From positions 1 through 64,000 of the forward strand of contig CAYXJN010000007.1 in NCBI GenBank assembly GCA_964464605.1: a stretch of 64,000 nt of DNA, given 5' to 3'. The notes below the pieces were generated by a model, which was given only the letters and a program-made list of their open reading frames with translations, made no database searches and was not told the origin of the DNA. Positions 37,762-46,797 of the stretch are shown one piece after another. The number at the start of each line of letters is the position of its first letter. Position 1 is the stretch's first letter. The position numbers were made by a program, and so were the translations under genes. The DNA is from an uncultured Ignavibacteriales bacterium (GTDB taxonomy: Bacteria > Zixibacteria > MSB-5A5 > GN15 > FEB-12).

Positions 37762-38186
37762 AAACCATGATTATAAAAGAACTTCCGGTGCGAATACCGA
37801 AAGCGAAACTGACGCAATTGGTGAAACAGACCTACATAACCGAGCGAAAAAAGCCGGTTGCCGAACGCGTACAGTTGATATTTGTTAGTGACAGAACAAT
37901 GAAACGGCTGAACACAACATACCGTAAAAAAGCGAAAACGACTGATGTGCTCTCTTTCCCGCTCAACGATGCAATTTTCGGCGAGGTATATATCTCCGTT
38001 CCGGTCGCGGTTCGTCAGGCGAAAGAATACGGCGTTTCAATCAGTAACGAAATTATCCGGTTGTTTTGTCATGGCCTGTTGCATTTGTATGGGTATGACC
38101 ACCACAAACCGAATGAAACAAAACTAATGCGGAAACGAGAGCAGCAATTGCTGGAAACTGTCACGCCGGGAGTCTGGCAATGGTAA
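37758..38186 (+). CDS. ybeY: rRNA maturation endoribonuclease YbeY
   Basis: TTDVLSF, GEVYIS and HGLLHLYGYDH motifs. Confidence 0.95.
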   Translation: MKTMIIKELPVRIPKAKLTQLVKQTYITERKKPVAERVQLIFVSDRTMKRLNTTYRKKAKTTDVLSFPLNDAIFGEVYISVPVAVRQAKEYGVSISNEIIRLFCHGLLHLYGYDHHKPNETKLMRKREQQLLETVTPGVWQW

Positions 38187-39442
38187 TCCTGCTCATTATC
38201 GGATTACTCATTGCGTTGTATGTCAGCGGCTATTTAGTGGCTGTCTATGCGCTCGCGATTTTTGTCGATCCGGAAGATGTCGAAAAACAGGCGACCAACG
38301 AAAGCTACACGCACAATTTCCTGCGGAAACTGACCAGCGACCCACGCGCGTTTCGTCAACTGGCCACACTATACAAGTCATTAGTGCTGATTTTGGTCAG
38401 TATTCTCTCGGTGCAGTTAGCTGCGCGACTATTGCCGGTTGAAAATCTATCCTTCTGGGGTGGATTGCTGTTTGACCTCGTGCTTATCTGGCCGCTCTAC
38501 CTGCTGGTGGTGGAATACCTGCCACGCCGCCATTCCCGAACATTTGCGCATGGCACTTCGCCGCAATCTGTCTGGGTTGTGGTGATCGTACATGCCATTT
38601 TTAATCCACTGTCAGGACTCTTCCGCCGCAGTTTCGGACGAAAACGCCAGGAAATGGAATTAGCCGACGGAGAACGGGAAGAATTAGTCGAGCGCGCGAT
38701 TGAAACATTGGCTGATGATGCCGGTGTGGCGGGTGAGTTTATCGCCGCTGAAGAAAAGCAGATGATTTCGCAGATATTTTTGCTCGATGAAACAATGGCA
38801 CGGGAAATTATGGTCCCTCGTTTGGATGTCGCCGCTATCGACAGAACGATGAGCCTTCGTGAAGTGCAGGAACTTGTTTTAAAAGAAGGTTACTCCCGTT
38901 ACCCGGTGTTTGAAGGAACGATCGACAAAGTTATCGGCCTACTCTACGCTAAAGACCTGCTCGGAAAACTTCCAGGGGTCGGCGAACAATTCAAAATCGA
39001 AAATTATCTTCGCGCTCCCTATTTTATTCCCGAAACAAAAATTATCCGGGACCTGCTTCGTGATTTCAAAACGCGCAGACAGCATATTGCAGTCGTGGTC
39101 GATGAATTCGGCGGGGTGGCCGGACTCGTGACGCTTGAAGATATTCTCGAAGAAATCGTCGGCGACATTCAGGATGAACATGATGTCGAGGAAGCTGAAT
39201 TTATCAAAATGCCGGACGGCACTTATCGCGTGGATGCCGCGATGCACTTAGAAGAATTGCAGGATTTGCTCGATGTCGAGTATGATAAAGGGGATTACGA
39301 CACCGTCGGCGGCTTGATTTACGATTTAGTCGGTTCGGTGCCGCAGCAGGGGCAACAGGTTGCGTGGAACGATTTACGCTTTGTCGTCGAACGCGTCGAA
39401 GGTCAACGGATCTTGTCCGTGTCTGTGGTGAAGCAGAGTTAA
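38180..39442 (+). CDS. CNNM/CorC-HlyC family protein (TM, CBS pair, CorC domain)
   Basis: AREIMVPR, YSRYPV, VVDEFGGVAGLVTLEDILEEIVGDIQDEHD and YDTVGG motifs. Confidence 0.9.
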   Translation: MVILLIIGLLIALYVSGYLVAVYALAIFVDPEDVEKQATNESYTHNFLRKLTSDPRAFRQLATLYKSLVLILVSILSVQLAARLLPVENLSFWGGLLFDLVLIWPLYLLVVEYLPRRHSRTFAHGTSPQSVWVVVIVHAIFNPLSGLFRRSFGRKRQEMELADGEREELVERAIETLADDAGVAGEFIAAEEKQMISQIFLLDETMAREIMVPRLDVAAIDRTMSLREVQELVLKEGYSRYPVFEGTIDKVIGLLYAKDLLGKLPGVGEQFKIENYLRAPYFIPETKIIRDLLRDFKTRRQHIAVVVDEFGGVAGLVTLEDILEEIVGDIQDEHDVEEAEFIKMPDGTYRVDAAMHLEELQDLLDVEYDKGDYDTVGGLIYDLVGSVPQQGQQVAWNDLRFVVERVEGQRILSVSVVKQS

Positions 39443-39447
39443 TCTTC

Positions 39448-40731
39448 CTATTCTTTTTTATTCTCTTTTCCAATTAACTTCACCCACTTTTCAACCACCC
39501 AATCCCAATGAACGATAATCTTGGCAATAACTAGTGCTGACAGCAAAATACCTATCGAGATCGACGAGTAAAAAAGCACATCGTTTGGAAAATTGCTAAG
39601 TATGATAACTAATCGTTCTACTATTATACACAGCAGAAGGAAACCGCCCGTGACAGTAGCAAGTAATGCTACCCATTGCCATCTAGCCTTGCTCCAGCTC
39701 TCACGAAAATAGATGAGTCTTGGTTGCTTATGTTCTGACACCCATGCTTCTTCGGAGAACTCTTGAATCGCGCTTGGGCAGAAAAGTCTGTAGCAAATAG
39801 AGCCAATCAAAAGGAAAAAAGTTGAGAAGAGCGCAAGCCAAATGAGATGAGGCGCACTTGCGTGTAAATCACGGAAATGCACGAGTATTTTTGAAAAATC
39901 GTTATACTGACCTAAGCTATCTATTAGCTCATCGTATTTAGATGTTAGGAATATTATAACAAGTGCAATGGTAAAACCAATCCAAGAAACCTCAAAAAAT
40001 GGCAGTTTGCCAATAAAACTGAGTTTTTTCCAATTAAGCACTCTATCGCGTCGAGCACATACTATGGTATCGGACCCATCGTAAGCAACCGAATGGGTTG
40101 TCTCAAATCTAATATTTTCAAGATTACATCCAATAAATGAACAACCTGAAAATTTAGCGCCTGTAAGATCAGCTCCTATTAGAGCAACTGAATTGAACGT
40201 AGCGGAGCGTAAATTTGCTTCTTTGAATTTGACCCAAAGTAAATTTGAACGCACAATAGAAGTTCCATATAGATTAGCTTTTTCCATATTAGCCCACGTT
40301 AAGGTTGATTCCTCTAAATGAGCGCCGTCAAGTTGTGCATTTATAAGTATAGCTCTTACTAAATTAATTCCCGTGAGATCTGCTAAGGTTAATCTAGAGT
40401 TTTCCAAATTCGCGGACCCAAGATTAACACTACGCAAATTTGCTCGTACAAAATCGGCATTTTTAAGGCCTGCATTATACAAGTTCGCATATTCTAAACG
40501 CGAATCAGAAAAGTCTGCCCCTTGACCAGTGTATTGAACAGTTAGTGTGTGGTTTATTAATGAAACAAAACGCAAATCACGCCCGTTTTCGACTTCGTCA
40601 ACACCAATCAATCCTTTCAAACTATCTTCCCAATTATGATTTCCAGCTCGAATGGTTCGCACTACAGCTGCAAGACGTTCCTTACCTTCCTCTGTTTCCC
40701 ACCGTGCTTTTAATTCTTCTGGTGTTAGCAT
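39448..40731 (-). CDS. Pentapeptide-repeat protein with C-terminal TM helices, AT-rich
   Basis: Long A(N/D)LxxA repeat tract followed by about four hydrophobic helices; GGAGG RBS. Confidence 0.85.
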   Translation of the reverse strand: MLTPEELKARWETEEGKERLAAVVRTIRAGNHNWEDSLKGLIGVDEVENGRDLRFVSLINHTLTVQYTGQGADFSDSRLEYANLYNAGLKNADFVRANLRSVNLGSANLENSRLTLADLTGINLVRAILINAQLDGAHLEESTLTWANMEKANLYGTSIVRSNLLWVKFKEANLRSATFNSVALIGADLTGAKFSGCSFIGCNLENIRFETTHSVAYDGSDTIVCARRDRVLNWKKLSFIGKLPFFEVSWIGFTIALVIIFLTSKYDELIDSLGQYNDFSKILVHFRDLHASAPHLIWLALFSTFFLLIGSICYRLFCPSAIQEFSEEAWVSEHKQPRLIYFRESWSKARWQWVALLATVTGGFLLLCIIVERLVIILSNFPNDVLFYSSISIGILLSALVIAKIIVHWDWVVEKWVKLIGKENKKE

Positions 40732-40805
40732 ATGCCCTCCATCTCAAGGCAAAGATATACACCAACAGCTAAACGTGCCACTCCTTTTGTATTGTTAAGA
40801 AAAGC

Positions 40806-41027
40806 CTAATTCTGCTTAAAATGAAAATAGGCTAATACTGCTAACGCTGTGCAGAATAGCACCCCGCCTAAGAAGCCAAATCGAAATGTGTTGAATTTGT
40901 CGAACGCGAAGCGGCTTTTCTTTTTCGGCTGCGATAAATCGGCATGACAATGTTTACACCGAATCGCCCCCACGCTTATCGGCTCCATACAGAACCGGCA
41001 TCTATCCGCTTGTTTAACTACCGCCAT
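40806..41027 (-). CDS. Small zinc-ribbon membrane protein
   Basis: CRFC-x10-CKHC followed by one C-terminal TM helix; start uncertain. Confidence 0.7.
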   Translation of the reverse strand: MAVVKQADRCRFCMEPISVGAIRCKHCHADLSQPKKKSRFAFDKFNTFRFGFLGGVLFCTALAVLAYFHFKQN

Positions 41028-41084
41028 AGCTTCAGAAATTGTTGGAAATGTACGAATCAATCAACTTAAAACTCTCGGATGAAA

Positions 41085-41262
41085 AGAACCCACAGCAAGC
41101 TGTGGGCGACCGAATTTGGCCTACGAATAATCACCTGTTATCGGTGGCACACCCTTTAGGGTGTGATCCAATCGAACATGTTTGATCTTTATCGTCAGGA
41201 ACCCACCTTAAAAGGTGGGGCACCTACGCGAAGATGTCAAAACCGCAGGGGTTTTGACCTAC
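41085..41262. repeat. Cluster of four REP-like palindromes
   Basis: 8-2-8 hairpins at 41089-41106, 41148-41165 and 41202-41219; a 9-5-9 hairpin at 41236-41258; GTAG feet on the minus strand at 41224-41227 and 41259-41262. Confidence 0.7.
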
Positions 41263-41571
41263 TCAGGACTCGAATCCTATATTCTTACCACCCTTGTCCT
41301 GCCCGCCGTACATCTTGATCTCGCCGAACTGCGCTTCGAACTTTTTCAGGTTATCACCAAGAGCGTTCAACAACAGCTTGGCGTTCATCGGGGTCATAAT
41401 CACGCGACTCAAGACTTTTGCCTTGGGCGTACGGGGCATAACCCGGGCAAAATCGATAACGATTTCAGTCGGAGAATGGACGATCATCGCCAAATTGGCG
41501 TAAATCCCCTCTGCTTCCTTTTCCGGGAGTTCGACGTTAATCTGTTGCGGGACTTGCGGTTGGTCTATCAC
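41263..41571 (-). CDS. DUF3467 family protein
   Basis: AEGIYANLAMIVHSPTEIVIDF...SRVIMTPMNAKLLLNALGDNLKKFEAQFGEI. Confidence 0.85.
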   Translation of the reverse strand: MIDQPQVPQQINVELPEKEAEGIYANLAMIVHSPTEIVIDFARVMPRTPKAKVLSRVIMTPMNAKLLLNALGDNLKKFEAQFGEIKMYGGQDKGGKNIGFES

Positions 41572-41661
41572 GGCGGCCTCGATTTCCCTTTGCTGGTGGT
41601 TTGCCTTTGTTTTCGGTTACCCGGATAGTATATTCGTGCGCCGAAACAGGCGCAATGCCAA

Positions 41662-42720
41662 ATGAATAAAATGTCCGATAACACCAAACATATGCCGCTT
41701 AAACCGGAACGTATTGAAGATATTACTACCCGGATGGGTCATGGCACTATCGTCATCCTCGGCGATATCATGCTCGATGAATACCTGCTCGGTACGGTCA
41801 GCCGTATCTCGCCGGAAGCACCCGTCCCGGTGGTCGAAATCACTTCCAGCAAAATCCTGTTGGGCGGTGCGGCAAACGTTGCGGCGAATATTCGCGCACT
41901 TGGTGATGAACCGATATTGATCGGAACCGTCGGTGAGGATGAAAAATCGGTCACGCTGCGGCATCTGCTTTCGGAAAAAGGAATCTCTGCAAATTATTTA
42001 GTCAGCGACCCGACGCGTAAAACAACACTCAAAACCAGAATTATCGCCAACTCACAGCAGGTGGTACGCGCCGACCGGGAAGATCGCCATGAACTCGAAC
42101 CGGATATTCAGCGCACGGTAATCGAACGTTTTCTTTCCGTCTCCGACCGCGTTCGCGCACTTATTGTGTCTGACTATGGTAAAGGTGTCATTACCGAAAG
42201 CCTGCTTGAAGAAATCATCGGCATTTGCAATAAACGAAACATCTTTGTCGCCGTTGACCCGAAAGAGACGCATTTCAACAACTACCGCAAAGTCTCGGTC
42301 ATTACGCCGAACCATCATGAAGCCGGATTTGCCTATGGCCGCCGCATTACGACCGAAAAAGATCTGATTGAGGTCGGTAACGGTTTATTGAAACGGTTAG
42401 AAGCGAAATCGATTTTGATTACCCGTGGTGCGGATGGTATGTCCCTTTTCCAGGAGAGCGCCGCACCGGTGCATATTCCTACCTTTGCCCGTGCGGTGTA
42501 CGATGTCACCGGCGCCGGTGACACGGTAATCGCGACATTCGTATCCGCTATCTGCGCCGGAGCTGATCTGGTGGAAGCATCAATCATTTCGAATACGGCA
42601 GCAGGTATAACGGTTCGTCAGGTCGGTACCGCGACTGTTTCACTCAAGCAGCTCTGCGATGAACTCCGCACCGGAATCACCGACGGCACCTTAAGCACCG
42701 CACTTTCCAAAGTTCGATAA
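41662..42720 (+). CDS. rfaE1: D-glycero-beta-D-manno-heptose-7-phosphate kinase (HldE kinase domain)
   Basis: GDIMLDEY, SRISPEAPVPV, GGAANVA, SDYGKG and VYDVTGAGDT motifs; exact start uncertain. Confidence 0.93.
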   Translation: MNKMSDNTKHMPLKPERIEDITTRMGHGTIVILGDIMLDEYLLGTVSRISPEAPVPVVEITSSKILLGGAANVAANIRALGDEPILIGTVGEDEKSVTLRHLLSEKGISANYLVSDPTRKTTLKTRIIANSQQVVRADREDRHELEPDIQRTVIERFLSVSDRVRALIVSDYGKGVITESLLEEIIGICNKRNIFVAVDPKETHFNNYRKVSVITPNHHEAGFAYGRRITTEKDLIEVGNGLLKRLEAKSILITRGADGMSLFQESAAPVHIPTFARAVYDVTGAGDTVIATFVSAICAGADLVEASIISNTAAGITVRQVGTATVSLKQLCDELRTGITDGTLSTALSKVR

Positions 42721-42722
42721 TT

Positions 42723-43190
42723 GTGTCCTCTCGAATAGTATCCCGAACATCAATTCCTCAAATAGCCAAAAACGCCCGTAAAGCAAAAAAACGAATCGTG
42801 TTTACCAACGGCGTGTTCGATATTTTGCATCGTGGCCATGTGCAGTATCTGACAAAAGCGAAAACATTCGGCGATATACTGATTGTAGGCATGAACACGG
42901 ATGCATCCGTCAAACGGCTCAAGGGCCCTTCCCGTCCGATCCAGCCGGAAAAAGACCGGGCATATATTCTGAGTTCTCTGCGCTGTGTCGATTATGTCGT
43001 GCTGTTTTCAGAGGACACTCCGGAAAAACTGATCAAACAGGTCAAACCGGATGTGTTAGTCAAAGGCTCCGACTACAAAATCACCGACATCGTCGGCGCG
43101 GACTACGTCCGTTCACTTGGCGGGACGGTTAAACGAGTGAAGCTTGTTTCCGGACGTTCTTCGAGTAAGATAATCTCCAAACTCAAATAG
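42723..43190 (+). CDS. rfaE2: D-glycero-beta-D-manno-heptose-1-phosphate adenylyltransferase
   Basis: FTNGVFDILHRGH, NTDASVKRLKG and PDVLVKGSDY motifs. Confidence 0.94.
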   Translation: MSSRIVSRTSIPQIAKNARKAKKRIVFTNGVFDILHRGHVQYLTKAKTFGDILIVGMNTDASVKRLKGPSRPIQPEKDRAYILSSLRCVDYVVLFSEDTPEKLIKQVKPDVLVKGSDYKITDIVGADYVRSLGGTVKRVKLVSGRSSSKIISKLK

Positions 43191-43208
43191 CTATTTCAGC
43201 CTGACCGC

Positions 43209-43238
43209 TTGCGTTAGCTTGGCGTGGTGTGGTATCAT
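43209..43238 (+). promoter_or_regulatory. Sigma-70-type promoter with extended -10, probably giving a leaderless mRNA
   Basis: TTGCGT-N18-TATCAT with TGn extension; ATG 43245 follows after a 6-nt gap. Confidence 0.55.
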
Positions 43239-43244
43239 ATTTCT

Positions 43245-43892
43245 ATGATTCGTGCAGATGATGCCGACCAGACAAAATCGACCGATTCCTTAGCTGCACA
43301 CGGCTATTGGCCGGCGATTGCCGCACAGTTTTTGGCTGACAAAAAATACTCCCGTGTTATCGAATTATTCAAAGAGCATGCCACAAACGGCACCCCGCCG
43401 CTTTCTGCGCGATTGCTCTATGCTCGTGCATTGTATTACACCAGCCAGCATGCCGCCGCTGCCGAACAGTTCCGGCAGGTGCTGACGCATGACCCGGAAA
43501 ATCTGGTCGCATTAAAATATCTCGGCGATATCCGCTTCGCCGACAGCGATACTTTTACCGCGATCGCGCTGTATGAACGGGTGCTCGAACTCGACCCGAA
43601 AACGAGCGGATTACAGAATGAAGTAAAGGCAACCAAACAGGATACTACCCGTATTATTACCATGCAGCGCCCCGCCGAACCGCCGGTTGTGCTTACCCGC
43701 CCGCCGGCAGGACGAGTGATTTTTTACACCGAGACTATCGGTGATTTGTACATGGCGCAGGGATATTACGCACTGGCTGCGACCGTTTACCGAACGCTTA
43801 TCCAAAACGGGAACGGACGGGTACAGGAAAAATTAGCGATGGTGGAAGAAAAGTTGAAGGAAAGGGATACGTATGTCAGTTCAACGCATTAA
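43245..43892 (+). CDS. TPR-repeat protein
   Basis: AAEQFRQVLTHDPENLVALKYLG, AIALYERVLELDP and TETIGDLYMAQG motifs. Confidence 0.8.
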   Translation: MIRADDADQTKSTDSLAAHGYWPAIAAQFLADKKYSRVIELFKEHATNGTPPLSARLLYARALYYTSQHAAAAEQFRQVLTHDPENLVALKYLGDIRFADSDTFTAIALYERVLELDPKTSGLQNEVKATKQDTTRIITMQRPAEPPVVLTRPPAGRVIFYTETIGDLYMAQGYYALAATVYRTLIQNGNGRVQEKLAMVEEKLKERDTYVSSTH

Positions 43893-44946
43893 TGAACTCC
43901 GCAAAAAACTGAAAGCGGAAAATTTGGATGGGATGGTTGTCAGCCATCTCGATCATGTTCGCTATCTCACCGGATTTACCGGCACGGCGGGATTGCTTTT
44001 GCTCTCCCCGAACAGCACCGACTTTTTTACCGATTCCCGCTATGCAGAACAGGCCAAAGAACAGATCAAAGGCGCGAAAATACATATTGTCCCGACCGAA
44101 CCGATCGGCTCACTCAAAAACTTTCCGGAATTTAATGTCAAAAACCGGAGATATGGCTACCACGAAGATTATCTGAGTGTCAGCAGCCGTGATCGTTTAC
44201 AGCAGTCATTGTCGAAAACCCTGCTTATTCCGGCGGCTTCACTGGTGAAAGAGATCGGATGGGTGAAAGATGCATCTGAAGTCGCCAGTATCACCAAAGC
44301 AGTGGCGATTTCCGATAAAGCATTCGACAAAATTCTTCCGATGGTCAAACCGGGTGTACGTGAATCGGAACTGCGCGCTGAACTTGAATATCAAATGGCG
44401 ATGCTGGGCTCGGAAAAACCGGCCTTTGAATCGATCGTAGCATCCGGATACCGCTCCGCCATGCCGCATGGCGTAGCGAGCCACAAGAAGCTGCAAAAGG
44501 GTGAGTTCATTACGTTTGATTTTGGTGCAGTGGTGGATGGATATGTTTCTGATATTACCCGCACCGTTGTTTTAGGCAAAGCCAACCAACAGCAGAAGAA
44601 AATCTATGATCTGGTCCTCCGTGCCCAGACGGCCGGAATTAAGAAAGTTAAGGCCGGAATTATGGCCAAATCGGTGGATGAAGCCTGCCGACAAATAATA
44701 AATAAGGCCGGTTACGGAAAGAATTTTGGCCACGGAACGGGACACGGAATTGGCTTTTATATCCATGTCGGGCCGCGGGTAGCCGGAACATCACCGGATA
44801 AACTATTGCCTAACAATGTCATAACTATTGAACCCGGCGTTTATTTGCCGGGCTGGGGCGGGGTCCGAATCGAGGATGACGTCGTCGTAACCAAAACCGG
44901 TGGCCGGGTATTGAACAAGGCCCCGAAAAAATTGTTGGAGCTTTAA
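43873..44946 (+). CDS. Xaa-Pro aminopeptidase (M24B)
   Basis: YLTGFTG, TDSRY, DFGA, YVSDITRT, HGTGHGIG, TIEPGVY and GVRIEDD motifs. Confidence 0.93.
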   Translation: MSVQRINELRKKLKAENLDGMVVSHLDHVRYLTGFTGTAGLLLLSPNSTDFFTDSRYAEQAKEQIKGAKIHIVPTEPIGSLKNFPEFNVKNRRYGYHEDYLSVSSRDRLQQSLSKTLLIPAASLVKEIGWVKDASEVASITKAVAISDKAFDKILPMVKPGVRESELRAELEYQMAMLGSEKPAFESIVASGYRSAMPHGVASHKKLQKGEFITFDFGAVVDGYVSDITRTVVLGKANQQQKKIYDLVLRAQTAGIKKVKAGIMAKSVDEACRQIINKAGYGKNFGHGTGHGIGFYIHVGPRVAGTSPDKLLPNNVITIEPGVYLPGWGGVRIEDDVVVTKTGGRVLNKAPKKLLEL

Positions 44947-45040
44947 GCGATTTTCCTGCATTTTTAGTCTAGGCTTACGGGTACCAATGATAGTCCCCGG
45001 TATATAGGCCTGCCTCGTACGGGATGGGAGGTTATTACAC

Positions 45041-45547
45041 ATGAATGAATCGTATATTAAGAAATTGATACGACTCGTTGAAGAGTCGGATATAGAATCG
45101 TTAGAAGTCTCAAGCTGGGGACGTAAAGTCCGCATTACTTCCAAGCACGCCTCAGCCAATGGTAACGGCAACGGACACGGCAATGGCCACGCGGTCTATT
45201 CCGCAGCCCCGGCCCCTGCTCCGGTCGTTGTAGCCGTCCCGCAGCCCCAGGCCGCCGCTGCGGCGCCCCCTGCAAATTCTCCATCTACCCCTGAAGATAT
45301 TTCCCGGTATTTGCCGATAAAATCACCAATGGTCGGCACTTTTTATGCCGCCCCGGCCCCTGACGCATCACCCTACGTTTCTGTCAATCAGAAGGTAACG
45401 GTCGGTCAGGTGGTCTGCATCGTCGAAGCGATGAAACTGATGAATGAAATTGAGTCAGAAGTCGCGGGACGGGTGGTGAAGATTCTTGCTGAAAACGGCA
45501 AGCCGGTGGAATTCGGACAGACACTCTTTCTGATCGAACCCGAATAA
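45041..45547 (+). CDS. accB: Biotin carboxyl carrier protein
   Basis: Ala/Pro linker, [10 protein letters not shown] and EAMKLMNEI (biotinyl lysine). Confidence 0.97.
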   Translation: MNESYIKKLIRLVEESDIESLEVSSWGRKVRITSKHASANGNGNGHGNGHAVYSAAPAPAPVVVAVPQPQAAAAAPPANSPSTPEDISRYLPIKSPMVGTFYAAPAPDASPYVSVNQKVTVGQVVCIVEAMKLMNEIESEVAGRVVKILAENGKPVEFGQTLFLIEPE

Positions 45548-45581
45548 TCTCCCCCTCGCTCCCTCGCAGAAAGGGAGTTTG

Positions 45582-46727
45582 ATGAACCTCAAGCAGATGC
45601 TTGTCGAGATGCTTGAAAAGAAGGCATCCGATTTGCACATTCGCGTCGGCGTGCGTCCGCATCTGCGCGTCAACGGTCGTTTGGAACAGATCCAGACCGA
45701 ACCGATCACCATTGATTTAATGGACAATATCGTCCAGCAGATTCTCAATGAAAAACAGCGTGAACGCTACTATCAGCGCAACGAAATGGATTTGGCCTTA
45801 TCTGTCGCCAAACTGGGACGTTTCCGTATTAACCTCTACCGTCAGCGCGGAACCACAGGTATTGCAATCCGTGCCGTTAACACGTTGGTGCCATCGTTCG
45901 AAGAATTACACCTGCCGCAGGTAATCAAAAAATTAGCGCAGGAACGCCGTGGTCTGATTGTTATCACCGGTACCACCGGTTCCGGTAAATCGACGACGCT
46001 TGCTTCGTTGATCGAAGAAATTAACGATACCCGCCCGGATAATATTCTCGTCGTCGAAGACCCGATCGAATATATCTATCGTGATAAAAAGGCGATTATC
46101 TCCCAGCGTGAAGTCGGCGGCGATACCGAAAGTTTCGCTACGGCATTGCGCAGTGCGTTTCGTCAGGACCCGGATGTTATTCTCATCGGTGAGGTCCGTG
46201 ACTTGGAAACGATGTCAATCGCGCTCACGGCGGCCGATACCGGACACCTGGTACTTACGACCTTGCACACGTTGAACGTGGTTGAAACGATTACCCGTAT
46301 TATTTCATTTTTCCCGCCGCACCAGCATCAGCAGATTCGTTTGCTTTTAGCGGGTACGCTCAAGGCGGTTATCTGTCAGCGGCTTATTCCGAGAAGCGAT
46401 GAACCGGGTCGTGTACCGGCGCTTGAAATCATGATTAATTCCGGCGCTATCAAGGATTGTATTATCAATCCGGAGAAGACGATCAATATCATGGATTATA
46501 TTTCTCAGGGTGGCGTTCAGTACGGTATGCAGAGTTTCGATCAGTCGATCATGAAACTCTACCGTAAGGGACTTATCTCCTTCGAAGATGCTATGGCCAA
46601 CGCGACCAACCCGGATGACTTCGATCTCAGACTCAAAGGTATTCAGGGAACCGCGGAACGTTGGAATGAAGAGGAAGAAGAGAAAAAATCCGACCTGCAG
46701 AAACAAGCCGGATTTCAAAAGTTCTAA
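45582..46727 (+). CDS. pilT: Type IV pilus retraction ATPase (PilT/PilU family)
   Basis: ASDLHI, RFRINLYRQRG, GTTGSGKSTT, EDPIE, RQDPDVILIGEVRD, TGHLVLTTLHT and GMQSFDQS motifs. Confidence 0.85.
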   Translation: MNLKQMLVEMLEKKASDLHIRVGVRPHLRVNGRLEQIQTEPITIDLMDNIVQQILNEKQRERYYQRNEMDLALSVAKLGRFRINLYRQRGTTGIAIRAVNTLVPSFEELHLPQVIKKLAQERRGLIVITGTTGSGKSTTLASLIEEINDTRPDNILVVEDPIEYIYRDKKAIISQREVGGDTESFATALRSAFRQDPDVILIGEVRDLETMSIALTAADTGHLVLTTLHTLNVVETITRIISFFPPHQHQQIRLLLAGTLKAVICQRLIPRSDEPGRVPALEIMINSGAIKDCIINPEKTINIMDYISQGGVQYGMQSFDQSIMKLYRKGLISFEDAMANATNPDDFDLRLKGIQGTAERWNEEEEEKKSDLQKQAGFQKF

Positions 46728-46753
46728 GGGGTCAGCAGCAGAGTACGACACCG

Positions 46754-46785
46754 CGCGGCGTACAGCAATGTGCGCCGCGTTTCTT
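46754..46785 (+). terminator. Intrinsic terminator after pilT
   Basis: CGCGGCGTACA-GCAA-TGTGCGCCGCG-TTTCTT. Confidence 0.75.
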
Positions 46786-46797
46786 ATTTATAGTAGA

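Noticed and set aside
41085..41262. Palindrome cluster considered as a CRISPR array or integron attC sites
   Set aside because: The units differ in sequence, alternate in orientation and are irregularly spaced; I see no cas or integrase gene and no attC-type RYYYAAC...GTTRRRY ends.
41662..43190. hldE split into separate kinase and adenylyltransferase genes
   Set aside because: Separate rfaE1 and rfaE2 genes are common outside enterobacteria; both ORFs are intact, so this is not a frameshift.
45150..45290. [11 protein letters not shown] and Ala/Pro low-complexity tract in accB
   Set aside because: This is the ordinary flexible linker of biotin carboxyl carrier proteins.
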